The position numbers were made by a program, and so were the translations under genes. A stretch of 32,000 nucleotides of DNA from Candidatus Saccharimonadota bacterium. Its GTDB lineage: Bacteria > Patescibacteriota > Saccharimonadia > Saccharimonadales > UBA4665. The notes beneath the pieces were generated by a model. It was not told the origin of the DNA. It searched no databases and saw only the letters and a list, made by a program, of their open reading frames with translations. Positions 1-7,829 of this stretch are shown here, in pieces. The stretch covers positions 1,110,001 to 1,142,000 of the forward strand of contig CP065016.1 of NCBI GenBank assembly GCA_016700375.1, in the 5' to 3' direction. Each line of letters begins with the position of its first letter. Positions within the stretch are counted from its first letter, which is position 1.

Positions 1-359
1 AGTATAGGGTGTTTATGCGTGAACACGTAGTGTTCAGTGCTGGTTTAGACAAGAGTGCCGTACGCGGTAGTGGCGCCGGTATTTGGTGTCTGTAGTCTGT
101 CTATCATGATATGAGCGCCCTTTCCGTTACGGTTTGTAATTCGTACAACTATACTACCACTGTTAGCAAAATGCAATAACAAAATGAAGTGAAACCTATA
201 TCTGCTAAATTTTTATCCCGGGTGATTTATGTAGACACGAGCGAAGTGTCTTTCAGTAGTAAAATGAGCCGCAAACCGAGCGCCAGCGAAGGCTTTCAGG
301 TGGGAGGACAGCCGCAGCCGGATTTATTCCGGCTCTGCGAGGAGTACAAGAGTCCTTCT

Positions 360-668
360 TTAAGATTCTTCTTGTATGCGGAACACTTTTTCTTCGGCCG
401 TTATAGGGTGGCCTGCCATACGTTCGAGATGCTTGAGACGTTCTTCTGTTTCGATTTCGTAAGCCTGTAGGCGCGATTCTATTACCTCAAGCTCGTGGTG
501 GAGGGCTGCAATTTCATCTGAATCGTTGTGGGCGTGTTTTTTTGTGTGTTTCGGTTTTTCCGTATCGTTGTTGTTGGTTTCGGTTTTACTATCGTCTGTC
601 TGGTGGTCGGACCCGTGAGGAATGTATGTGATGCCGAGAAACCCATCCGCGTCGTCATCGTGTGTCAT
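360..668 (-). CDS. hypothetical small acidic protein with coiled-coil-like C-terminus
   Basis: ORF 360..794(-), trimmed to the internal ATG at 668 (MTHDDDADGF...) because the upstream 42 codons run antisense through the trhO start. The N-half is D/E/H/K/T-rich and the C-half is heptad-like (EIAALHHELEVIESRLQAYEIETEERLKHLE). No family recognised. Confidence 0.3.
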   Translation of the reverse strand: MTHDDDADGFLGITYIPHGSDHQTDDSKTETNNNDTEKPKHTKKHAHNDSDEIAALHHELEVIESRLQAYEIETEERLKHLERMAGHPITAEEKVFRIQEES

Positions 669-683
669 GGGTACATTGTACGG

Positions 684-689
684 TATAAT
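684..689 (+). promoter_or_regulatory. candidate -10 box (TATAAT) 6 nt upstream of trhO ATG
   Basis: tataat at 684..689, spacer agaccc, ATG at 696. There is no room for a Shine-Dalgarno. Confidence 0.4.
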
Positions 690-695
690 AGACCC

Positions 696-1598
696 ATGCA
701 AAAGATTCTCCTTTACTACAAGTTCACCCCAGTCAAAGACCCGGAAATGCTTAAGCTGTGGCAAAAAACGTTGTGTGATTCGCTCAACTTGCATGGGCGC
801 ATACTGGTGAGCTCGCAGGGTATAAACGGCACAGTGGGCGGAGACATAGAAGACCTTAAGGCGTATGTAAAGAAGACAAAAGAATTTCCTGGCTTCAAAG
901 ACATACTATGGAAATGGAGTGAAGGTGGGCGAGACAACTTTCCGCGCATGAGTGTGAAGGTTAAAAAAGAGCTCGTTGCATTTGAAACATGGGATGAAAT
1001 ACAGGTGGATGAAAAAGGTGTCGTTGGCACTGGGCCGCACCTCAAACCACACGAAGTAAATGAGCTGGTGTCGCAATATGGCGATGACGTTGTGTTCTTT
1101 GACGGACGTAACCAGTACGAGGCTGCCGTTGGCCGTTTTAAAAACGCGGTAGTACCAGATACACGCACTTCGCGCGACTTTAAGAGAGAGCTAGAGAGTG
1201 GTAAATACGATGACCTGAAAAATAAAAAAGTCATTTCCTACTGCACGGGTGGCGTACGCTGCGAACTACTGAGTGCCATGATGAAACAGCGTGGCTTCAA
1301 GGACGTTTACCAAATAGACGGCGGTATCGTAAAGTACGGCGAAGCATATGGTGACGACGGGCTGTGGGAGGGAAATCTCTATGTATTTGACGGCCGTATG
1401 GGTATGAACTTTAGTGACCATGCCAAGGTAATCGGCCAGTGCATTCACTGCAAGGGCAAAACCAGTAACTACGAAAACTGTGCGAACCCCGCTTGCAACG
1501 ACCTTGTCCTCATTTGCGAACCCTGCAAGCGCGACCCCAAAAAGCTGTACCACACGAAAGACTGCGAGAAGAAACATCATGAAAAAACACCAGCTTAA
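696..1598 (+). CDS. trhO: rhodanese-domain protein of the UPF0176/TrhO (YbfQ/YceA-like) tRNA U34 hydroxylase family
   Basis: ORF 528..1598 trimmed to ATG 696 (MQKILLYYKFTPV..., a typical family N-terminus). Rhodanese active-site loop ISYCTGGVRCE. C-terminal Cys cluster CIHCKGKTSNYENCANPACNDLVLICEPC. Confidence 0.8.
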   Translation: MQKILLYYKFTPVKDPEMLKLWQKTLCDSLNLHGRILVSSQGINGTVGGDIEDLKAYVKKTKEFPGFKDILWKWSEGGRDNFPRMSVKVKKELVAFETWDEIQVDEKGVVGTGPHLKPHEVNELVSQYGDDVVFFDGRNQYEAAVGRFKNAVVPDTRTSRDFKRELESGKYDDLKNKKVISYCTGGVRCELLSAMMKQRGFKDVYQIDGGIVKYGEAYGDDGLWEGNLYVFDGRMGMNFSDHAKVIGQCIHCKGKTSNYENCANPACNDLVLICEPCKRDPKKLYHTKDCEKKHHEKTPA

Positions 1599-2001
1599 AA
1601 TCCTCATTCCGGTGGCATATTGCATCGCATCGCTTACCCTTTTCTATGTCGTGGTTCGCAGTGGCGTTACTGCCGTGCAGATTGTTGGCATAGTACTGGC
1701 AGTGACTGCATTTGCCCTGTGGATTACCGCCCGCGTCCAGCTCGCCAATAACTTTTCCATAGGTGCTCATGCAAATGAACTCGTCACAACGGGTCTATAT
1801 GCCAGATTCAGGCACCCGGTGTACTATTTCTCTATCTTGGCGCTCATCGGCATCACATTGGCTGTGGCGAACTATTACCTCTTCGGCGCCGTAGCAGTAT
1901 TGATTATCTTGGAAATGAGCAGAATAAGAGGCGAAGAACGAAAGCTGCACGATGCTTTCGGCAAACGGTACGAAGTCTACAAGAAAAACACCTGGTTTTA
2001 A
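1579..2001 (+). CDS. isoprenylcysteine carboxyl methyltransferase (ICMT/PEMT-like) family membrane protein
   Basis: ORF 1480..2001 trimmed to ATG 1579 (MKKHQLKILIPVAY...). Hydrophobic helices, then RFRHPVYYFSILALIG ... RGEERKLHDAFGKRYEVYKKNTWF, typical of this methyltransferase family. Overlaps the trhO end by 20 nt. Confidence 0.7.
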   Translation: MKKHQLKILIPVAYCIASLTLFYVVVRSGVTAVQIVGIVLAVTAFALWITARVQLANNFSIGAHANELVTTGLYARFRHPVYYFSILALIGITLAVANYYLFGAVAVLIILEMSRIRGEERKLHDAFGKRYEVYKKNTWF

Positions 2002-2221
2002 GCAAGGGCCTGATTGAGTAGATCACAAAGTATATAAAAAGAAAACGGGCTGGCCTCCGCTATCCAGCAGTGGCGTCCCGTTTCTCACTAAAAATTCTAG
2101 CAAAACTAGCGCGTAAAAACCAATACGCTTTCCTAGATCCCTCCGATATGAGGAATAATTTGGGGTTGCATCGCCTAGTATATTAACGTACACTTGAAAT
2201 GTACATGAAAGGATTACATAT

Positions 2222-2470
2222 ATGAGTATTACTGAAACAAATGTGGCAGACCTACGGTCAAATTTGGCCGATGCATTTACTGTTGCCCAAAATGGCGGTG
2301 TTGTGGTGGTCAATAAGCGTGGCGGGAGCGGAGTAGTTATGATTAGTCGGGACGAATATGAAGATTATGTTGCGGCTACCAACCCGAGGCTTATCAAAAA
2401 AGTCGCAGATGCACGAGCCGAGATAACCGCTGGCAATACTGTGACGCTTGAAGAGCTAATGAACCAGTAA
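2222..2470 (+). CDS. Phd/YefM-family type II antitoxin
   Basis: 82 aa. VADLRSNLADAF...VVVVNKRG...VVMISRDEYEDY is the Phd/YefM N-terminal pattern. A RelE-like ORF follows 2 nt downstream. Confidence 0.8.
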   Translation: MSITETNVADLRSNLADAFTVAQNGGVVVVNKRGGSGVVMISRDEYEDYVAATNPRLIKKVADARAEITAGNTVTLEELMNQ

Positions 2471-2472
2471 AT

Positions 2473-2730
2473 ATGCGAATCATATTTTCACGACGAGCGG
2501 AGAAAGACTTTTTAAAACTCAACCCACTTCTCAGAAAGCGAATAGGGAGCAAGCTGCAGTTCTATACTCATTCTCCTATGCCACTGGGACACGCAAAACC
2601 GCTCATTAATGCCGCAGCCGGGTCGTATCGCTACCGAATTGGAGATTATAGAGTTGTGTTTGACGTGAACCATGACACCATAGAAATTTTACACATAGAA
2701 CATAGACGAGATGTGTACAAGAAAAGGTAA
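2473..2730 (+). CDS. RelE/ParE-family type II toxin
   Basis: 85 aa. AEKDFLKL...YRYRIGDYRVVFDVNHDTIEILHIEHRRDVY is the characteristic RelE/ParE core. Sits immediately after the antitoxin. Confidence 0.8.
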   Translation: MRIIFSRRAEKDFLKLNPLLRKRIGSKLQFYTHSPMPLGHAKPLINAAAGSYRYRIGDYRVVFDVNHDTIEILHIEHRRDVYKKR

Positions 2731-3215
2731 TGGGGGCAGGGCAGCATGATAGTGAGACACTGGCGGAGGGGCAGCAGGTGTTTACTGCCTGTGCGTTCAT
2801 ATGGCGTAAAGAAAGTGAGGTGAAGCAGGTGTTTCTGGCGCGCCGCGCCGACACGAAAAAGTTTTTGCCCGGTGTGTGGGAGCTACCCGGCGGACACATA
2901 GACTACGGCGAAGATATGTGTGAGGGATTAGCGCGCGAGGTCATGGAAGAGTTTGGTATGCACGTAAATATTGGTGAAGTACTCGACGTATTTACCTACA
3001 TGAACGAAGTGAAAAAGTGCCATTCCATAGAGGTAATTTACTTTGCACAGTTTACCGACCCGCTTGAAAACATCCGGCTTCACCCGGAAGACCACAGCAC
3101 GTTCGGCTGGTTTGCGCTCGATGAACTGGAGCAAACCTATGTCTGCCCGAAAGACGCAGCTGACCCAGAAGTGGCCGCCATTCGCAAAGGTTTTGCGTGC
3201 CTGGAGATCTTGTAA
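2730..3215 (+). CDS. NUDIX hydrolase
   Basis: Complete Nudix box GHIDYGEDMCEGLAREVMEEFGM (GX5EX7REUXEEXGU). The ATG overlaps the relE-like stop (TAATG at 2728..2732). Confidence 0.85.
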   Translation: MGAGQHDSETLAEGQQVFTACAFIWRKESEVKQVFLARRADTKKFLPGVWELPGGHIDYGEDMCEGLAREVMEEFGMHVNIGEVLDVFTYMNEVKKCHSIEVIYFAQFTDPLENIRLHPEDHSTFGWFALDELEQTYVCPKDAADPEVAAIRKGFACLEIL

Positions 3216-3216
3216 G

Positions 3217-3257
3217 AACCCATCCCAAATCTTATGGTATAAGATTTGGGATGGGTT
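3217..3257. repeat. perfect hairpin: 19-bp arms, 3-nt loop
   Basis: aacccatcccaaatcttat (3217..3235) / ggt / ataagatttgggatgggtt (3239..3257). Lies directly after the Nudix stop. No T-tract follows. Confidence 0.7.
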
Positions 3258-3293
3258 GTAACAAACCAGCGCAAACGTATTGTGCCTTGTGCG

Positions 3294-3318
3294 TAATCGT
3301 ATCACTATGATACGATTA
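3294..3318. promoter_or_regulatory. 25-bp palindrome (11-bp arms) covering the first in-frame ATG of the Fic gene
   Basis: taatcgtatca-cta-tgatacgatta. The ATG at 3307..3309 spans the spacer/right-arm junction. Confidence 0.45.
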
Positions 3319-4368
3319 GAGCATATGAATGATACGAATATAACTATACTGCAATTGTTTCGGGGGAGTAAAACGCTTGCTTCCTCAGATGTACACCAGG
3401 AATTATCTGGTGGCGCCTCGCTTGTGACCGTGAAGCGGGCATTGAGTGAGTTGCATGCGCAAGGGTTTCTCGAACGTGAGGGTGCCGGTCGGTCTGTGCG
3501 TTATCGTATTAGTCGGCGCGGCGTATTGTTGCGGCCATATGATACGGCGGTATATTTGCAGGAACCACAGGAAAATAGAATGGCTTCAACGCAGTTTAAC
3601 CATGCATTGTTCCAAGGCAGCTACGAGCCAGTTATGAACGACGTAGCCATGCAGCGGCTCGACGCGGCAACCAAAACGTACCAAGAAAAAGCTCGCCAAA
3701 ATGAAGCGGTACATACGAAGGAGTTGCAACGTTTTATGGTGGAAATGTCGTGGAAGTCGGCTCGGATAGAGGGTAATACGTACACGCTGCTCGATACCGA
3801 AAAGCTGCTAACGTATGGCATCGTCTCGCCAAAAAACACACCGTTTGAGACGCAAATGCTCCTTAACCAAAAAGCAGCGTTTGATTTTGTGTGGGAAACT
3901 CAGGATATGTGGGAGCGGCCGAGTGTTTTATATATAGAAAAACTCCATGAGTCCATAATTGACCAACTTGGAGTGGCTCGAAACTTGCGTTCGACGACCG
4001 TGGGGATAACTGGCACTGACTACGAGCCGCTTGGTAATGGTTTCCAGATACGCGAGGCACTAGAACAGCTTTTGTGCTATATTCAACAGGCGGCAAATGC
4101 GTATGAAAAGGCGCTGCTCTTGACGGTAGGCATGAGCTACATCCAGCCATTTGCCGATGGCAATAAGCGCACGGCGCGTATGACGGCGAATGCACTGCTG
4201 CTTGCCAATGGCCTTGCGCCTATATCATACCGAAGTATTGACGAAACAGCGTATAAAGAAGCGCTGCTTATTTTTTACGAACAAAATAGCGTGGTGCCGT
4301 TCCGGGAACTTTTTGTAGAGCAGTACGAGTACTCGGCGACGCACTATAACATTGCGCGGCCAGCGTAA
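3307..4368 (+). CDS. Fic/DOC-family protein with N-terminal winged-helix domain; catalytic His replaced by Gln
   Basis: wHTH-like LVTVKRALSELHAQGFLEREGAGRSVRYRIS. Inhibitory-helix motif SARIEGN ((S/T)xxxE(G/N)) at 3757..3777. Fic core motif reads QPFADGNKRTAR (4144..4179) rather than HxFx(D/E)GN(G/K)R. Start is uncertain (3280 TTG, 3307 ATG or 3325 ATG). Confidence 0.75.
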   Translation: MIRLEHMNDTNITILQLFRGSKTLASSDVHQELSGGASLVTVKRALSELHAQGFLEREGAGRSVRYRISRRGVLLRPYDTAVYLQEPQENRMASTQFNHALFQGSYEPVMNDVAMQRLDAATKTYQEKARQNEAVHTKELQRFMVEMSWKSARIEGNTYTLLDTEKLLTYGIVSPKNTPFETQMLLNQKAAFDFVWETQDMWERPSVLYIEKLHESIIDQLGVARNLRSTTVGITGTDYEPLGNGFQIREALEQLLCYIQQAANAYEKALLLTVGMSYIQPFADGNKRTARMTANALLLANGLAPISYRSIDETAYKEALLIFYEQNSVVPFRELFVEQYEYSATHYNIARPA

Positions 4369-4380
4369 GAAAGGAAGACG

Positions 4381-6825
4381 ATGAGTGTACTGAAAAGTAT
4401 CGGACCAAAACTGCATGAATTTGTGTGGGACACGCTGGGCGAAGAGCAGGTACACGATTTGGGCGGCGAGTTTTTGCAAACGCCGTACAAGACGAGTAAC
4501 CCGCACTTTGATGATGTAGATGATGTTGTGCATGGCAGCGATTTATTTACGGCCTGGCTTTGGCAAGACTACGTGCATGAGGGCAAAACCATGCTGGAAC
4601 ATTTCCAAGCCTCAGAGCCAGCACTTTCAAAAGAGCAAGCTCTGCAGCTAGACCAAATGATTCGCACGGGCTTCATGAGTGCGTTCAGACTCGGTGAGGT
4701 GCGGCCAGGTAATATTGAGCTGGAAGACTTGCGAAGCGGCACGCGCTACCATGTGCGGGAATATTCTTTGGCTTCACAGGTGCATTCCGGCCAGTTTATC
4801 ATCGCACGGCTGTGCCAGCAGGGTGACCACTGGGAAATCAGTATGCCGGACGGGTCTATGTTCCCGTTCACCATGGGAGATGAAACCATGTTGAAAAATG
4901 CGGTCGAAAAACTGCCGGAGCGCGTTACCATGCAGCACACAACCGGCTATGCTCTGCTACGGCGCGACTTGGGGCTAGATGATTCGTACAAACCAGACCT
5001 GAACAAGCCTAGGCCTCAGCTGCCCAAAAAAGAAGCAGCAGCCGGGCTACAACAGGCAATGGCCGAAACCGGAGTTGATCGGTACATTGCGCCGACTATA
5101 ATTATGCAGCTGCTGGATGAAGAATTTGCCGCTAAAGATATGCCGCCATTTCCTCCTGCCGGTGTGCGCGTGCTTCTCGGTCTGGCTGGCGATAACGAAC
5201 AGCTTGAAAAACTTATGGGAGTGGCAATGGACTACTGGAATGCCCATGTCTCGAAACGAAAGCTGAAAAAGCCCCATGTTCCCGATGTGGTGGTCAATGA
5301 ATTTGACCCCAACGGCTGGGTTGAAAAAGCCAATACGGCGCACGAATTCCTTATTGTACAAGATTCGCCAGCAGCATCTAAGGTGTACGAAGATATGTTT
5401 GCATATATGCTGAAAGAGCGCATGGTCACGCCCAGCCTCTACCGGCTTATTACGAATGCGGCGGTGGCGGAGCTGGGGCAGGGACATTTGCTGTTCGGCG
5501 AGCATTTGCTTGAAACCGCCCAGGCTTTGTGTCCGGACTACGACTTCGCGTGGCACCAGCAAGAGTTACTCGAAAATGGTCATTATGCCTTCGCTGGTCT
5601 AAAAGAACAGGGCGAGGATGGCCCAGAGGGCCTGCTGGAAAAATTGAAGCAGGCGCAAGAACGGCTCGGCCCTTCGCCGGAAATCATCAAAACCTATACA
5701 GATAAAAAGCTACTACAGGCATTTGCTGAGCGCGGAGCTGACACCGACCGAGAGGCGTTCGCGCAATTGGCTAGCCAATATGATGAAGCCTATGATGTTG
5801 CGGAAGAACTAACCAGTAACAACGCGAAAGATGTCGATGCCGTGTATACGTTAGTATGTGAGGTCCAGGAACGGTGGGCGCCAAACGTCGTATGGGTCGA
5901 TACGCTCCATAGGCTTATGGAAGCGTATGACGACAGCATGTTTGATGCAGATGGCCAAGACAGTAAAGACTATGCGGCTATGCTTGACAGCCTGAACCGC
6001 TTTCACCATGCGCTTGACACCGCTTCCGACTCAGTTGTACACAAGTGGATGACAGACTCTAGAGAATATGCCGATCATAGGCAGAATATTGTGTTCGCTT
6101 CGTTGCAAATTGCCCGGGCAAAGCCGAAGCAGCCGGCACTCTCGCACGCTGCTGCGGCGCTCTGCGCGTTGGCTCAAAAACGCACTGGCGATCCCATTTT
6201 TACCGTGCCGAGCCTCTTGGAAAACATGTCAAAAACAGATGAAAAAGCAGTGAAAAAACAGTTTTCAGACCTGGCAAAACTGCTGCCGAACGATTCTGCT
6301 AGCTTCCAAATCCTGGGAGACCAGCTTGAGGTGCAGAAACAGTACACAAGAGCTGTCTTGGCATTTGAGCACGCCATAGCTGCGCTCGACCGGTGCCGCA
6401 GCAAAAAACTCTGGCAAGACCCACCGTACAGTTATGAAACATTGGCAGAAAGCTACGAGTATATCGGCGCATCGCTGTACGACTGCTATACGGCGCTGGG
6501 ACGTATGGGCGACGCAGCAAAACTGACCAAAAAGCTTACCGCCCTTCAGTCCGACACACGACTGGAACACAACAAAACTGCCGATGCGCTCCAAAAAATC
6601 GATGAGAAACTGGTGGCAAAAGAGGCTGGCCAAGACAACCCCATCCTAGACTATATTCGCTGGTTCGAAACGCTCGACATAGATCTTTCCGGCGGCGATG
6701 GGAATGAAACGGTCCTGACAGGGTATAGTGGTGGTGAGAAAATTGGCCGCAACGACCCGTGCCCCTGCGGCAAACTTCGCCCCAACGGCCTACCTATGAA
6801 GTACAAAAACTGCTGCGGAGCGTAA
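4381..6825 (+). CDS. large uncharacterised protein with C-terminal SEC-C metal-binding motif
   Basis: 814 aa. The only recognisable element is the terminal DPCPCGKLRPNGLPMKYKNCCGA (CxC...CC, nt 6760..6816). RBS aaaggaag upstream. Starts 12 nt after the Fic stop. Confidence 0.7.
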   Translation: MSVLKSIGPKLHEFVWDTLGEEQVHDLGGEFLQTPYKTSNPHFDDVDDVVHGSDLFTAWLWQDYVHEGKTMLEHFQASEPALSKEQALQLDQMIRTGFMSAFRLGEVRPGNIELEDLRSGTRYHVREYSLASQVHSGQFIIARLCQQGDHWEISMPDGSMFPFTMGDETMLKNAVEKLPERVTMQHTTGYALLRRDLGLDDSYKPDLNKPRPQLPKKEAAAGLQQAMAETGVDRYIAPTIIMQLLDEEFAAKDMPPFPPAGVRVLLGLAGDNEQLEKLMGVAMDYWNAHVSKRKLKKPHVPDVVVNEFDPNGWVEKANTAHEFLIVQDSPAASKVYEDMFAYMLKERMVTPSLYRLITNAAVAELGQGHLLFGEHLLETAQALCPDYDFAWHQQELLENGHYAFAGLKEQGEDGPEGLLEKLKQAQERLGPSPEIIKTYTDKKLLQAFAERGADTDREAFAQLASQYDEAYDVAEELTSNNAKDVDAVYTLVCEVQERWAPNVVWVDTLHRLMEAYDDSMFDADGQDSKDYAAMLDSLNRFHHALDTASDSVVHKWMTDSREYADHRQNIVFASLQIARAKPKQPALSHAAAALCALAQKRTGDPIFTVPSLLENMSKTDEKAVKKQFSDLAKLLPNDSASFQILGDQLEVQKQYTRAVLAFEHAIAALDRCRSKKLWQDPPYSYETLAESYEYIGASLYDCYTALGRMGDAAKLTKKLTALQSDTRLEHNKTADALQKIDEKLVAKEAGQDNPILDYIRWFETLDIDLSGGDGNETVLTGYSGGEKIGRNDPCPCGKLRPNGLPMKYKNCCGA

Positions 6826-6905
6826 CATGCTAAAAGCAAGAACTCGTGCTATGTTGCAAGGTGAAGCGGACCCAGAAGTTGTTGCCATAAAAAAGGTTTT
6901 GCTAA

Positions 6906-7806
6906 CCCCAATCACGCATTAGCCATCTGGTAACCAAGTAGTACCCGCACATAGTGTGTAAAGTAACCTTTAACACTTCTTGGGAACGAAGTGACCAGGA
7001 AGTGGTGTTCCTTAAGCTTACCGAAGGTAGCTTCTATCTTTGGTCTCATGTGGAGCAAAAGCATTTGCCAGTCTGCGGCTAATTTCTTTCTTTGAGTATG
7101 ATGCGGTGGTGCGATCACTATAGTTTTATGTTTCTTCCAGAGTCGCTTGCGCATGACGCTGCCACCGTAGTGACTATCGCCGACAAGTATCTTCGTGTGG
7201 TCATTCACGAGTTGTTCGATGTGCTGATTGTCGTGTTCATTAGCAGGAGTAAATACAACAGCTGCTAACCTGTTGTTGTAATCTATGGCCGCATGGAGCT
7301 TGAACCCGTAGTGCCACCCTTGCCAGTTCTTGCCAAAGTCGGCTACACCCTTGGCTACTTTGTGTCTGTTAGCACGTATGGGCTTACAGACGGGGAGCAT
7401 TGTGCTGTCGACAAAGCGGAGCGGTGCTCCGCTTGCTAGAAGCGTCTGTAGCAACCAAACCATCTGTGGCAGTAATCGATGCACGTGAGCCACAAAGTTT
7501 TGGTACTTGGGCATATGAGGAAAACAATCCGAGTACTCTCTGCAAGCCCAGCCGTACAAACTCGAAAGGTTTTTGTGGGGTTCGGTGAGGCCATCCCATA
7601 TGAGGATAGTGAGGAGTTCACTGTCTTTAAGGGCCGGATGCTGACCTCGTTTGTTTGGTTGGACGACTATGTCGTCTACCCAAACAAACACATCTACGAT
7701 ATTATTCCTCTGTAAAGCACGCATATTTTCCTCCTGTTTGTTTTGAAAGATTTACAAGAGAAATTGTAGCGTGCTTTATCTATTGGTGGCTAATGCGTGA
7801 TTGGGG
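6906..7806 (-). mobile_element. IS982-family insertion sequence, apparently intact
   Basis: 20-bp perfect terminal inverted repeats: ccccaatcacgcattagcca (6906..6925) and tggctaatgcgtgattgggg (7787..7806). Flanked by the 8-bp direct repeat tttgctaa (6898..6905 and 7807..7814). Single transposase ORF inside. Confidence 0.85.
6912..7724 (-). CDS. IS982-family DDE transposase
   Basis: 270 aa. Pattern FVDSTMLPVC...GWHYGFKLHAAIDYNN...ILVGDSHYGG...IEATFGKLKEHH matches my recollection of IS982 transposases. Confidence 0.85.
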   Translation of the reverse strand: MRALQRNNIVDVFVWVDDIVVQPNKRGQHPALKDSELLTILIWDGLTEPHKNLSSLYGWACREYSDCFPHMPKYQNFVAHVHRLLPQMVWLLQTLLASGAPLRFVDSTMLPVCKPIRANRHKVAKGVADFGKNWQGWHYGFKLHAAIDYNNRLAAVVFTPANEHDNQHIEQLVNDHTKILVGDSHYGGSVMRKRLWKKHKTIVIAPPHHTQRKKLAADWQMLLLHMRPKIEATFGKLKEHHFLVTSFPRSVKGYFTHYVRVLLGYQMANA

Positions 7807-7829
7807 TTTGCTAAACTTGAAAGAATACA

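Noticed and set aside
189-470. A 93-aa plus-strand ORF, and the possibility of an RNA gene in the first 360 nt.
   Set aside because: The ORF overlaps the better minus-strand ORF and has no motif. Only a 7-bp hairpin (317..335) was found in the leading 360 nt, with no tRNA, tmRNA or 5S-like signatures. It is left unannotated.
528-695. N-terminal extensions offered by the ORF track: 528 for trhO, 1480 for the ICMT-like gene, 9046 for def, 20348 and 20710 for DUF2177/DUF1295, 29102 for folC.
   Set aside because: The extensions overlap upstream genes and have aberrant composition. Internal ATGs give canonical family N-termini, often with ATGA/TAATG coupling or an RBS.
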